Shown one piece after another: positions 1-9,468 of a stretch of DNA of 64,000 bases. The first letter of the stretch is position 1. Each line of letters begins with the position of its first letter. The DNA is taken from IMG/VR virus record IMGVR_UViG_3300008110_000030, positions 62,001-126,000 of that record; one strand, written 5' to 3'. Both the position numbers and the translations under genes were made by a program. Below the pieces are notes generated by a model. That model searched no databases. It was not told the origin of the DNA and saw nothing but the letters and a program-made list of their open reading frames with translations.

Positions 1-67
1 GAAATGGAAGACGCTATTCAAAGAGCCTTGAAGGGCGAAGTTAAAGGTCATCATAAGAAGGAAGAAA

Positions 68-532
68 ATGCCTAAGTGTTATCAATTAATTGGTGTTCCA
101 GCTTCAGGAAAAAGTACCTGGGTTAAAAATCAAGATTGGGCAGTTGACTGTGTAGTAGTTTCTACAGATGAATTTGTTGAAGATTATGCCAAAGAGTGTG
201 GCTTAACTTATAGTGAAGTATTTGACGACTACATGCCAACTGCTGTTGATTTGATGGCTGAGAAAGTTATTCGTGCTCGAGAAGCAGGCAAAGATATTAT
301 TTGGGACCAAACTAGTACATCGTGGACCAGTCGTCGACGTAAATTTAATATGTTGCCTGACTATGAACATATTGCTGTAGTGTTTCAAACTCCTGATGAA
401 GAAGAACATCTACGTCGGTTAAAAACACGTCCAGGAAAAGTTATTCCAGAAGCAGTATTGTTTGACATGGTTTGGAATTTTGAAATGCCTACTGAGGAAG
501 AAGGCTTTAAAGAAATTTGGAGAGTATCATGA
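68..532 (+). CDS. P-loop kinase, AAA_33/polynucleotide-kinase-like
   Basis: Walker A GVPASGKST, then VSTD, IIWDQTS and an RxxR-like lid (RLKTR); 154-aa single domain. Confidence 0.75.
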   Translation: MPKCYQLIGVPASGKSTWVKNQDWAVDCVVVSTDEFVEDYAKECGLTYSEVFDDYMPTAVDLMAEKVIRAREAGKDIIWDQTSTSWTSRRRKFNMLPDYEHIAVVFQTPDEEEHLRRLKTRPGKVIPEAVLFDMVWNFEMPTEEEGFKEIWRVS

Positions 533-969
533 AAGAAGAATTTGATAAAAATCTAGTAGAAAAATATCCTAAGATATTTGCTAATCGTAATGGTGATCCT
601 AAAGAAACATTAATGTGTTGGGGTTTTGAATGTGGTGATGGTTGGTATCCTATCATTAATACTCTTTGTAGTGAAATACAATCTCGAATTGATTGGAATA
701 ATAAAAACGTAGATAACGGATATGGAAACTACAAAGAGATCAAACAGGTAGTAGCTGTACAGATTAAAGAAAAGTTTGGTGGACTTCGTTTTTATTACGA
801 AGGCGGTGATGATCATATTCACGGCATGGTCCGTATGGCAGAAAATTGGGCAAGCACTACCTGTGAAATATGTGGGAATCCTGGACAAACAAGACATGGG
901 TTTTGGATTAAAACATTGTGTGACGAACATGAAGCAGAACGACAAGAGAGATATAAGGACAGGTCATAA
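529..969 (+). CDS. conserved phage hypothetical protein (QIKEKFGGLRFY motif, C-terminal CxxC..C)
   Basis: ATG at 529 overlaps the upstream TGA (ATGA); motifs ECGDGW, KEKFGGLRFY, CEICG. Confidence 0.7.
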   Translation: MKEEFDKNLVEKYPKIFANRNGDPKETLMCWGFECGDGWYPIINTLCSEIQSRIDWNNKNVDNGYGNYKEIKQVVAVQIKEKFGGLRFYYEGGDDHIHGMVRMAENWASTTCEICGNPGQTRHGFWIKTLCDEHEAERQERYKDRS

Positions 970-1160
970 TGAAAGACGAAAGTCAACTACCAGTGTCTGC
1001 GCAAAGTCTAGTATATCGTTTACGTAAGCGGGCAGAGATTCGGCGACAAATCAAAGACCGAAAGAGTGTTCAAGAAGGTGCGCCAGATCGTATTGCAGAT
1101 CTCTTAGAAGAGGCGGCTGACGAGATTGAACGCCTTCAAATTGGTAAAATCAGTGGTTGA
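969..1160 (+). CDS. small hypothetical protein
   Basis: TAATG overlap with the upstream gene; DRIADLLEEAADEIERL helix. Confidence 0.65.
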   Translation: MKDESQLPVSAQSLVYRLRKRAEIRRQIKDRKSVQEGAPDRIADLLEEAADEIERLQIGKISG

Positions 1161-1185
1161 CTGCCACTGGTTTTTCCTATATAAT
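1145..1185 (+). promoter_or_regulatory. sigma70-type early promoter for rIIA, with its -35 in a hairpin loop
   Basis: TTGACT (1157-1162), 17 bp, TATAAT (1180-1185); inverted repeat AAAATCAGTGG/CCACTGGTTTT flanks the -35. Confidence 0.8.
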
Positions 1186-1220
1186 TTACACATACACTAA
1201 CAAACACAGAAAGGTTTTCT

Positions 1221-3392
1221 ATGCTTCTTAATCTTGCTCCTAACAACGAAGCTATTTTGAGCAATGTTGGCCAAATTGGCGAATTCCGTATTCGCAACAG
1301 TGCTAAAGCATTTAACATTTTGAGCTCAGGCTTGTATGCTAACAAGATCCGTGCTATTGTACGTGAGCTGTCATGTAACGCAGTGGATAGTCATGTAGCG
1401 GCAGGTCGTAGTGAAACTCCTTTTGATATCCATCTTCCAAATCAATTAGAGCCTTGGTTTGCTATTCGCGACTACGGTACTGGCTTGTCACATGATCAAG
1501 TGACTAACATCTACACCACTTACTTTGAGTCTACTAAAACTAATAGTAACGACTTTATTGGTGCGTTGGGTTTGGGTTCTAAGAGCCCATTCAGCTACAC
1601 TGATAACTTTACCGTAACTGCTATCAAAGATGGCATTAAAGGTATCTACAGTGCTTTCATTAATGCTGAAGGTGTTCCTTCTATTGCTAAGATGGGCGAG
1701 GAAGAAACTACAGAACCTTCAGGTGTTGAAGTTAAATTTAGTGTTAATGACCGTTGGGACTTTTCAAAGTTCCACGACGAAGCACGTCAAGTTTTTACTT
1801 ACTTTAAACTTCGTCCTGTTATTGGCGGTGTGAGTGATTTTAAGTTTCGTGATGTTGAATACGAAACTGAAAACATCATTCCTGGTGTACATTCAACAAC
1901 AAATCGCCATAGTGTTGCTATCATGGGTAATATTGCCTACCCTGTGCAAGTTCCAGAAGCTAACCAAAAGGACTTGGGCGATGTTGCAGTATTGTTGAAC
2001 TGTGGTTTGGAAATGCACTTTGCTATTGGTGAATTGGACTTCCAAGCATCACGTGAAGGCTTGTCATACATTCCGCAAACAATTGACAGCATTAAGCGTA
2101 AGTTGGAAGCTGTGAATGCGCAATTGGCTATACACATTACTGAAGAAGCTAACAAGATTAAAAACTTGTGGGAACGTGCTTTCTTTCTGTTGAAGAAGAA
2201 AGAAAATACATTGTGGCAAGCGGCTGTTCGCAAGTACGTTATTGACTCTAAGTTTGATTTGGTTGATGCAACTAACTCTAGTTATTACTACATGCGTGGT
2301 AAGGAATTTGAATTCCCTGTCATGCAGTTGGCTAAAAAGTACAACATTGAAATTTTGGCATTCCAAAAGAATGTTGGTTCAAAGGGTACTAGCAATTTGA
2401 ATAGCTATACTGTTCATCCAAAGAACTCAACTGATGTTGCTTACAAGGCTTGGCAAATTCGTGTTAGCGAAGGCGTGAACTTTATCAAGAACGATACCAA
2501 AATTGGTGCGTTGTCTCGTGCTAAGTTCCACTTCAATAACACGCAGTTTCCTAAAGGTACTCACCACTATCAAACTGTGTATGTGATGAGTGCCGCTGAT
2601 AAGGCTAAGCCTGCTCGTTTTGATGCATTTTTGAAAGCATTGTCTAATCCTCCAACTGTAGTGAACGCAAGTGACTTGATGGTGAAGGAACGTGCATCTA
2701 ACTCTGCAACTGGCAAGAACGTGACCATTATGCGTTTGGAAGAACGTGGTCGTGGTGGATACTATGCTAGTAAAGAAATGGTTTGGCGTGATGCTGGCAA
2801 GGCTGATAGTTTTGACAGCAAGGACACTTACTATTACTTGCCGTTGAGTGGCTTTGCTATTGTTAGTGATTTTGGATTGAACAGCACTAAAGAGTTTGCA
2901 GAAGACTTGAAGCGTTGTGGTTTTGGTATGTTGAATGTTGAAGTTTACGGTGTACGTAAAACAGATATCGAATTTATCAAAACTCAAAAGAACTGGGTTA
3001 ATATTGAACAACATTTGAAACAATACTTGTCCAATGTTAAAGAAGATGATTTGAAACGTTTGGTAGTTTCCGCTCTTGACAAAAAGGCAATTTTGCAGTA
3101 TCATAACACTATTGCAGACAACGTCGAAAACAAAGCTAGTCCCTATTTGAAGGTGGCTACAATGTTTAAAGGCGTAACTAAAGTTGATGGTTATAGTCAA
3201 GCTTCGTTACAACGTCTTTGCCGACGCTATGCTACAGAGCTTGAATTTTCCAAACTTGAACAAACGATTGAGAACGAATGTGCCGCAGTTCTTAACCGTT
3301 ACCCACTGTTGAGCGGCCTTGAAACTTACCGTATGAATAATCTTGCGGTAGCTGAATATATTAATTTGATCGACACAAAGAAAGGTGTTTAA
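1221..3392 (+). CDS. rIIA: RIIA-like protein (N-terminal GHKL/Hsp90-type ATPase)
   Basis: VRELSCNAVDSH, IRDYGTGL, GALGLGSKSPFSY, SREGL; 723 aa; directly upstream of an rIIB-like gene. Confidence 0.85.
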   Translation: MLLNLAPNNEAILSNVGQIGEFRIRNSAKAFNILSSGLYANKIRAIVRELSCNAVDSHVAAGRSETPFDIHLPNQLEPWFAIRDYGTGLSHDQVTNIYTTYFESTKTNSNDFIGALGLGSKSPFSYTDNFTVTAIKDGIKGIYSAFINAEGVPSIAKMGEEETTEPSGVEVKFSVNDRWDFSKFHDEARQVFTYFKLRPVIGGVSDFKFRDVEYETENIIPGVHSTTNRHSVAIMGNIAYPVQVPEANQKDLGDVAVLLNCGLEMHFAIGELDFQASREGLSYIPQTIDSIKRKLEAVNAQLAIHITEEANKIKNLWERAFFLLKKKENTLWQAAVRKYVIDSKFDLVDATNSSYYYMRGKEFEFPVMQLAKKYNIEILAFQKNVGSKGTSNLNSYTVHPKNSTDVAYKAWQIRVSEGVNFIKNDTKIGALSRAKFHFNNTQFPKGTHHYQTVYVMSAADKAKPARFDAFLKALSNPPTVVNASDLMVKERASNSATGKNVTIMRLEERGRGGYYASKEMVWRDAGKADSFDSKDTYYYLPLSGFAIVSDFGLNSTKEFAEDLKRCGFGMLNVEVYGVRKTDIEFIKTQKNWVNIEQHLKQYLSNVKEDDLKRLVVSALDKKAILQYHNTIADNVENKASPYLKVATMFKGVTKVDGYSQASLQRLCRRYATELEFSKLEQTIENECAAVLNRYPLLSGLETYRMNNLAVAEYINLIDTKKGV

Positions 3393-3393
3393 G

Positions 3394-4194
3394 ATGTCAT
3401 ATCCATTTTTGGTCCAAGGTTCAAACATTGTTGTAGTAATTGACAACAAACCGCATACTATTTCTAAGACTCACATTACCTATGAAAAGGTATTGGAAGC
3501 AATTAAAGCGGGTGATTGGGAAACTGTTAAGGATACTATTGATCCTAAGAAAGTCGTTATCAATTACGGTAAGGGCAATGTTGAAGTACAGGGCGACAAG
3601 TTGTTCTGGAAAGGTAAAGAATTCCACAATGCTCTGTCAAGTCGTATGATTGGCATGTTGCAAGAAGGCTTACCAGTTGAACCGCTTATCCTGTTTATGG
3701 AAAACTTGATGGCAAATCCATCAATGCGTTCTGTTACAGAACTGTACGGTTTCTTGGAAAAGAACAACTTGCCAATTACCAGCGACGGTCACTTCTTGGC
3801 CTACAAGAAAGTTCGTAAAGACTTTAAAGACTGTCATACTGGTACAATGGATAACGGCATTGGTCAAGTGGTTGAGATGGTCCGCAACGAAGTTGACGAT
3901 GACCAAAACCGTACTTGCAGTACTGGCTTGCACTTCTGTAGCCAAAACTACTTGAGTCACTTTAGTGGCGAACGTACAGTGATTGTCAAAATCAATCCTC
4001 GTGATGTCGTTAGTATTCCTACAGACTATGACTTCAGTAAGGGTCGTGCTTGCCGTTATGAAGTCATTGGTGAGTTGGGTGTACATCCAGATGACGCATT
4101 CAAGGAAACAGTTCAAGACGAAGCATACACTCAAGAGCAGTTGGATGCCGCAGTTAAGGCTGCTGTTGAAGCCGCACTCAAGGTCACACAATGA
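3394..4194 (+). CDS. rIIB: RIIB-like protein
   Basis: NLMANPS, LPITSDGHFLAYKKV, CSTGLHFCS, VKINPRDVVSIPTDY, GRACRYEV; ATG at 3394 follows an AAAGGTG RBS. Confidence 0.85.
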   Translation: MSYPFLVQGSNIVVVIDNKPHTISKTHITYEKVLEAIKAGDWETVKDTIDPKKVVINYGKGNVEVQGDKLFWKGKEFHNALSSRMIGMLQEGLPVEPLILFMENLMANPSMRSVTELYGFLEKNNLPITSDGHFLAYKKVRKDFKDCHTGTMDNGIGQVVEMVRNEVDDDQNRTCSTGLHFCSQNYLSHFSGERTVIVKINPRDVVSIPTDYDFSKGRACRYEVIGELGVHPDDAFKETVQDEAYTQEQLDAAVKAAVEAALKVTQ

Positions 4195-4328
4195 TTAGAC
4201 TTTGGTTAGCATTTGCTATCCTTGCCTTCCTAATTCATCTGGGTATCATGACTAAGTCCGTAACGTATAGTATAATTGTCGCATTACTAGCGTTGCTGGT
4301 AATGACTGTGATTGTAATTCTTTTTTAA
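4191..4328 (+). CDS. 45-aa hydrophobic membrane peptide (not in ORF track)
   Basis: ATGA overlap with the rIIB stop; translates MIRLWLAFAILAFLIHLGIMTKSVTYSIIVALLALLVMTVIVILF; fills the gap before the SPFH gene. Confidence 0.65.
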   Translation: MIRLWLAFAILAFLIHLGIMTKSVTYSIIVALLALLVMTVIVILF

Positions 4329-4336
4329 GGTATCAA

Positions 4337-5146
4337 ATGACACGTATTTTTACTCTCTCTATTCTTGCCGCGGCAGTTCTTGCTACAGGTTGCACTCGTA
4401 TCGAAACTGGTGAAGTTGGTGTTCGAGTTGGCTTTGACAAACAAGTCCAGCAAGGCGAACTACTTCCCGGCTCGTTCAATCAAGTGTTGATTGGCGATGT
4501 GCTTACATTCCCAATTAAGGACGTTAATGTTAAGTTAGATGACATGACTCCTGTGGCTAAAGATAATAGCACAATGAAAGACTTTGATGCTGTGGTTATC
4601 TATAACATCAATCAAGCACAAGTAGCTGAACTTTACAGCCAAAAGAGTCAAGCATTCCACGCTCGACATAACGGCGACATTTACTTGATGTACAATTATA
4701 TTGTTCAAACTACTCGTAATGCTATCTACAAAGAAGCACGTAAGTACGAAGCATTGGACATGGCAGATGCACGTCAGTCAATGGAACAGGCAATTAAAGA
4801 ACAAATCCAAAAATCACTTGCTGAAGAAAAACTTGACGGCAGTTTGGTTATTGGTCAAGTGTTGATTCGTAATATTGTACCTGCTGACTCAGTTGTGGCA
4901 AGTGCTAACGAGTTGGTCAAGGCTAAGAATGAGCTCAAGCAAAAGGAAGTTGAAGTTAAGACTGCTGAAGCAGAAGCTCGTCGTATTGCGGCACTTAATA
5001 CAAATGCTGGCGCTATCCAGTACATGGATGCACAAGCTCGTATGAAGCAAGCTGATGCGGCACTTAAGATGGCAGAAGCAGTATCTAGTTTTAAGGGTAA
5101 TACCCTTGTAATTGGTGCAGGTGCAAATGTTAACGTTGGCAAGTAA
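4337..5146 (+). CDS. SPFH/Band-7/prohibitin-family lipoprotein
   Basis: Signal peptide ending LATGC, RIETGEVGVRV start of the SPFH domain, C-terminal coiled coil (AEAEARR). Confidence 0.8.
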   Translation: MTRIFTLSILAAAVLATGCTRIETGEVGVRVGFDKQVQQGELLPGSFNQVLIGDVLTFPIKDVNVKLDDMTPVAKDNSTMKDFDAVVIYNINQAQVAELYSQKSQAFHARHNGDIYLMYNYIVQTTRNAIYKEARKYEALDMADARQSMEQAIKEQIQKSLAEEKLDGSLVIGQVLIRNIVPADSVVASANELVKAKNELKQKEVEVKTAEAEARRIAALNTNAGAIQYMDAQARMKQADAALKMAEAVSSFKGNTLVIGAGANVNVGK

Positions 5147-5164
5147 TTAGATAAAAAGAAGAAC

Positions 5165-5200
5165 AAGGGCCTTGACGGCCCTTTTCTTTTATGTTATACT
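5165..5200 (+). terminator. intrinsic terminator fused to a sigma70-type promoter
   Basis: AAGGGCC-TTGAC-GGCCCTT followed by TTCTTTT; TTGACG (5172-5177), 17 bp, TATACT (5195-5200). Confidence 0.75.
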
Positions 5201-5214
5201 GAGCATAATATAAA

Positions 5215-5487
5215 ATGATAAATTTTAATTTTTCTCTTTCAAATCCTTGGAGTAATCGATGGAAAACTCTTTGGACTAAACATCGACTATTGTACACAAA
5301 CAAAGTTGTAGAGTTTAATGGCTATAAAACAAATTCATTGATCACTGTGAATTTTGATCTCAGTTTTCAAACTGATCACGCAGGTCTTAGATTGATGCTG
5401 GGCTTGTTTGGGTACGAAGTGGAAGTTCACTTTTATGATACAAGACATTGGGATAGCGAAAAAGATACTTGGGAAGTATATGATTAG
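5215..5487 (+). CDS. hypothetical protein
   Basis: 90-aa ORF directly downstream of a promoter. Confidence 0.6.
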   Translation: MINFNFSLSNPWSNRWKTLWTKHRLLYTNKVVEFNGYKTNSLITVNFDLSFQTDHAGLRLMLGLFGYEVEVHFYDTRHWDSEKDTWEVYD

Positions 5488-5498
5488 GGGAGTAAATC

Positions 5499-5669
5499 AT
5501 GCTTAAATTTTCACCATTTAGAAATTGGGTTCGAGAAACATGGATGGAAAATTGTGAAGAACACTTGACATATTCTGAAGATCCTTATACAATAAAGCAG
5601 TATTGGGATAGATACAAGTGGTGGCTTAAACGTGAATTTAAATATCAAAAGGCAAAAAATGACAGATAA
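5499..5669 (+). CDS. 56-aa Trp-rich hypothetical protein (not in ORF track)
   Basis: GGGGAG RBS, ATG at 5499; translates MLKFSPFRNWVRETWMENCEEH...YKWWLKREFKYQKAKNDR. Confidence 0.65.
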   Translation: MLKFSPFRNWVRETWMENCEEHLTYSEDPYTIKQYWDRYKWWLKREFKYQKAKNDR

Positions 5670-5925
5670 GAAATTTGAAGAACTTAACGAAGATGAATTT
5701 AAAAATTTGAAAGTTGAGTTTGCTCCTGGATGCTTTGACAATTTCGAAGGCACACAAGAAGAATTGGATGAATTGATTTCTTCAATCAAAGATATGTTTG
5801 CTTCTGGTGAAGCACAGAAGAAATCACGCCCAATTGATTTTGAAGAGCTTGATGAGGAAGACCTTGAATTAATTGAAAAACTTGAAGCATTTGAAGAAAA
5901 TACCAATAATAGAAAATTACAATGA
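5659..5925 (+). CDS. acidic hypothetical protein
   Basis: ATG at 5659 after AAGG; VEFAPGCFDNFEGTQEELDEL motif. Confidence 0.65.
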   Translation: MTDKKFEELNEDEFKNLKVEFAPGCFDNFEGTQEELDELISSIKDMFASGEAQKKSRPIDFEELDEEDLELIEKLEAFEENTNNRKLQ

Positions 5926-6143
5926 AAAATGACAGACTAGACGAACTGTACCAAAAGCAATGGTCTGTGACCAGCGTCATGTTAGAGGACAATCGTCCTA
6001 TGGAAGTAGCAGGGGTTATGCTTGCCCAAGCTCTTAGAATTTACAAAACACTTTTGTCAGAAAAAGAATTTGATCAAATGATGGATAATATTTCTAATAG
6101 TAGAGATAAAATAGAAAAATTTCAAGGACCTATTATACAATGA
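5922..6143 (+). CDS. hypothetical protein
   Basis: ATGA overlaps at both ends. Confidence 0.65.
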   Translation: MKNDRLDELYQKQWSVTSVMLEDNRPMEVAGVMLAQALRIYKTLLSEKEFDQMMDNISNSRDKIEKFQGPIIQ

Positions 6144-6577
6144 AAGCAGAAAAACCCGCAGAAGGAATTTTAAAAACAAACGACTATGGTAACTCAAAAT
6201 GGTATCAGGTAGTATGCGGGTGTGGGCAACCAGATCATGCTCTGACTGTAGAAGTGGAAGCAGACGAAACAGGAGTTAGCGTAAACACCTACGCCACAGT
6301 TAAAACTGACTACTGGAATGAAACAGTTAAAAAGCGTTACGATATCGACAATCCTTGGTTGCAGGAGTGGGATTGGTTTTGGAAAGATCTAGTAAATGGA
6401 CTTGTTGCTAGATTACGACTCACTCGAGATATTTGGTTTAAAGGGTATGTTCAATGCGAAACTACCACGCTTATGAGTAAACAGCAAGCTCTTAATTTTT
6501 CTGAAACACTAAAGTTGTCTATTAAAGATGTTGAAGATTTCGAATTACAAAGAACAAAAATTTCAAAAGAAAGTTAA
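6140..6577 (+). CDS. hypothetical protein (CxC..H motif)
   Basis: ATGA overlap; VVCGCGQPDH. Confidence 0.65.
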   Translation: MKAEKPAEGILKTNDYGNSKWYQVVCGCGQPDHALTVEVEADETGVSVNTYATVKTDYWNETVKKRYDIDNPWLQEWDWFWKDLVNGLVARLRLTRDIWFKGYVQCETTTLMSKQQALNFSETLKLSIKDVEDFELQRTKISKES

Positions 6578-6585
6578 ATGTTTCA

Positions 6586-6783
6586 ATGTCCACATTAGAG
6601 AGGCTGATAACAGCTACCATACTAGTTAGTTTTTTATATATGGTACTTTTCTATAATTTCATTGATTATTCTAATATAGTCATTTATGATTGCGAACATA
6701 TAGAATATTATCATAATGTTCCTAGCGAAGTTAAAAAAGAATGTAATTCTTTAAAGAAACCTATACCCCAATTAATAATATGA
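6586..6783 (+). CDS. small membrane-anchored protein
   Basis: N-terminal hydrophobic helix and two Cys; ATGA overlap with the next gene. Confidence 0.55.
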   Translation: MSTLERLITATILVSFLYMVLFYNFIDYSNIVIYDCEHIEYYHNVPSEVKKECNSLKKPIPQLII

Positions 6784-7325
6784 TCAGCAAAAGCCCCAAG
6801 CGCCATACCTTCCAAGCAGAAGGATACGTCAAACGTTGCGAAGAAAAAGGTGAAGAACCACGAGAAGATTACCTAAATTTGTTTAAAACCTTTCGTGAAC
6901 AAGACGATGAAAACATGGTTGATCCAGAATGGCAAAAGAACAATTTGGAGTACGACTTGCGTTCCACTGAATGGATTTTGGAAAAAGCTCGGACTCGAGA
7001 TGAGTATGCTCAAAACATCTATGCCGCCATGTGCAATATGCGCTGGCAACGACTAGATGTCTTCCCAATACTAAAAGACGAGTTTTGGTCATGCAGTTGG
7101 CGCAGTGCTGGTGGCATTGTTGCAGATATGCTACAACAAGGTGACTATATTGATTGGTACTGTTCCGGAATGGGCGGACTAACTGGAGATTGGGATAAGG
7201 ATAGTGAAACTTTTGAACAATGGCAAACCCGTACTAAGTACGTTCCAGAAGGCGTTGTCACTGAAGAAATTCGAATAGATTTCCAAAAGTTAGGATGGGT
7301 GCCAAGTGAATGGCCAGACGAATAA
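6780..7325 (+). CDS. conserved phage hypothetical protein
   Basis: YAQNIYAAMCN, WSCSWRSAGGIVA, DYIDWYCSG. Confidence 0.7.
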   Translation: MISKSPKRHTFQAEGYVKRCEEKGEEPREDYLNLFKTFREQDDENMVDPEWQKNNLEYDLRSTEWILEKARTRDEYAQNIYAAMCNMRWQRLDVFPILKDEFWSCSWRSAGGIVADMLQQGDYIDWYCSGMGGLTGDWDKDSETFEQWQTRTKYVPEGVVTEEIRIDFQKLGWVPSEWPDE

Positions 7326-7329
7326 TCGG

Positions 7330-7370
7330 TAAAATCAGTTGTTGACAACCAACAATTCTGAATGTATAAT
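7330..7370 (+). promoter_or_regulatory. sigma70-type early promoter
   Basis: TTGACA (7342-7347), 17 bp, TATAAT (7365-7370) preceded by TG; upstream GGTAAAATCAGT is identical to that of the rIIA promoter. Confidence 0.85.
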
Positions 7371-7401
7371 ATATACATATTGTTAATTAGAGGAGCGCCA
7401 A

Positions 7402-8616
7402 ATGGCCACTAAAGCACCAGTTAAAAAATCCCGTGTTACTAAAAAGCAAGTAATCGCACACCGTCAGAATGCCAAAAAAGATCACAGCCCAATTTGGGAT
7501 GGTTTCGAAACTATGACTGCGGATCAATTCAATTTACATTTTAGACGTAGTATGGAATACTATCGTTTGGAATTTAGTGGTAAGGATCTTAAACCCAAAG
7601 TCATTGACTGGATGAGTAAGACTGGTTACGACAAAGATACTATTAAGGCATTTAAAGAAACTAAAGATCACCGTTGCAATAGTACAATGGGTGGCTTGGC
7701 TGCTTGTCTGTTGCGTGGCATGCCAGAAGTTCGTGCAGACTGGAACAGTGGCCGAAACAGTGCTGATTGGCTGAGAGCTTCTATAAAGAACGCGATTGAA
7801 GAAGGCGGACTTGATAAGACTGAAGCTGAGGCTTTAGAAGCTAAACTTGCTCCAAAAGTAGAAGTATACGTTCCAACTATTCAAGAGCGGTTGCGTGATA
7901 CTGCTGGTGCAATGAGCGAAGAACTTGATATTGCAATTGATGACTTTAGCAGAGATCCAGATGCGTTTGATCCTAAGGCATTTAAGATTCCAAACTTGTT
8001 GCGTGGTAAAGGTGCGAAAGCCGCACATGCACGTTTGATTAAGCAATACTATATTCCAGCTCATACTGAGTTGTTGGAACTTGCAAGTGGTCAAGCTGAC
8101 GAGCAATTGAAAGAAGGCTACAGCCATTTGCCACGTAAGAACGTTAAAAAACTTATTGAGTTCTACGAAGCAATTATGACTGCATGTGATCAATTGGCAG
8201 TGGAAGCAAAGGCTCTTAAAAAGCCACGTGCTAAGAAAATCGTCCCTGCTGAGAAAATTGTTGCTAAACTAAAATATTTGAAAGCTGATGACAGCTTGGG
8301 CATTAGTTCAGTCTCACCAACTACTATTATTGGCGCACAATATATGTTTATATACAATGCCAAAGCTCGTAAGATTGGTATGTATATTGCTGGTAATAGT
8401 GAAGGATTTGGTGTTAAAGGTACAACAATTACTAACTTTACTGACAAGAGTACACAAAAGACTGTGCGTAAACCTGCAGAGCAACTTAAAGCATTCAAAG
8501 ATTTGAACACGCAAAAACGTTGCCAAACTTGGTTTGAAAAAGATGTTAAGACCACTGAAGTTAAACTTAATGGTCGCTTCAATGAAGATACAGTAATTTT
8601 GAAAGTGTACAAATGA
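7402..8616 (+). CDS. hypothetical protein, 404 aa, basic
   Basis: Strong GAGGAG RBS, long ORF directly after a consensus promoter. Confidence 0.75.
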   Translation: MATKAPVKKSRVTKKQVIAHRQNAKKDHSPIWDGFETMTADQFNLHFRRSMEYYRLEFSGKDLKPKVIDWMSKTGYDKDTIKAFKETKDHRCNSTMGGLAACLLRGMPEVRADWNSGRNSADWLRASIKNAIEEGGLDKTEAEALEAKLAPKVEVYVPTIQERLRDTAGAMSEELDIAIDDFSRDPDAFDPKAFKIPNLLRGKGAKAAHARLIKQYYIPAHTELLELASGQADEQLKEGYSHLPRKNVKKLIEFYEAIMTACDQLAVEAKALKKPRAKKIVPAEKIVAKLKYLKADDSLGISSVSPTTIIGAQYMFIYNAKARKIGMYIAGNSEGFGVKGTTITNFTDKSTQKTVRKPAEQLKAFKDLNTQKRCQTWFEKDVKTTEVKLNGRFNEDTVILKVYK

Positions 8617-8870
8617 GCAAGGCAAGACACAAACCTCATCAATGGATTGATGGTGAAACAGCGGATCGTATTACCGCACTCAATCTTCGAGACTACCGTT
8701 CTTACCTTAAAAAGGAACTAGCACAATGGAAAAAGAATCCTAAAACAGAGGATAATCCAAAAGGCTTTTGGTTACATCCAGAAGATGTAAGCGGCAACAT
8801 TCTTCGAATTGAAGCGTTGAATTTGATCATCAATGATTTTATTGAGGTTCCTGATGACATTACCCGATGA
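8613..8870 (+). CDS. hypothetical protein
   Basis: ATGA overlap; WLHPED motif. Confidence 0.65.
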   Translation: MSKARHKPHQWIDGETADRITALNLRDYRSYLKKELAQWKKNPKTEDNPKGFWLHPEDVSGNILRIEALNLIINDFIEVPDDITR

Positions 8871-9468
8871 ACGATATCGAGCCGTAGTACAGACTCAGAG
8901 ATTTTTATTGAGAATCTTAACTACACCTAGAGTTCCAAAAGCTGTTAAAGATGAAGCTAGATATTGTTTGCGTCATTATCCTAGCAATTGGGATATGCAA
9001 CGTGCGGCAGAAGGTTCTCCGGATGTTTTCCAAGAACGTATGGATGACCTACATAAATTTTTACTTAAAGGTTCAGAAATGAAAGCAAAAGAATTGTTTG
9101 AAAATATTGAAGAGCTGGCAGCTGTCAGTGACGAGGCATTGGATAATGCATACCATTATGGGCGCAGTACTCCAGGTGCTAACTTTGGATGGCTTGCCAA
9201 TATTGAAAGTGCCAAGGCAGCATCAAATCTTATTAATAGTGGTGAAACAAATATTGAAGTAATTGCAGACGCAATCCACGATGGTTGGAATATTACTGCA
9301 ATGAAAGATTATAATGGTGAACTAAAATTAGACACGCCTACTCCACAAGAGAAAAAAGAAAAGAGAGCCGCACTTGCTCGGCAGTCGTATGCTCAACTTC
9401 CTGAAGTTGAGAAAGAGAAAGATAGAGTAGTGGCACGTGCCCTGCTTAAATTTATTAAAGGTGTATAA
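8854..9468 (+). CDS. two-module protein: small N-terminal domain plus a leader-tagged RyR-domain-like C-terminal module
   Basis: GAGG RBS before ATG 8854; internal in-frame ATG 9079 (MKAKELFE) after AAAGGT; C-terminal IHDGW...YAQLPEVEKEKDR resembles the RyR repeat consensus. Confidence 0.6.
   Translation: MTLPDERYRAVVQTQRFLLRILTTPRVPKAVKDEARYCLRHYPSNWDMQRAAEGSPDVFQERMDDLHKFLLKGSEMKAKELFENIEELAAVSDEALDNAYHYGRSTPGANFGWLANIESAKAASNLINSGETNIEVIADAIHDGWNITAMKDYNGELKLDTPTPQEKKEKRAALARQSYAQLPEVEKEKDRVVARALLKFIKGV

Noticed and set aside
1146-1174. N4-type virion RNA polymerase hairpin promoters
   Set aside because: The loops are 5-7 nt and contain a -35 with a correctly spaced -10, unlike N4 3-nt-loop hairpins, and no virion RNA polymerase gene is in the window.
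5565-5593. TTGACA-17-TACAAT promoter match
   Set aside because: It lies inside the 5499-5669 ORF. It may be real but cannot be separated from a chance match in AT-rich coding DNA.
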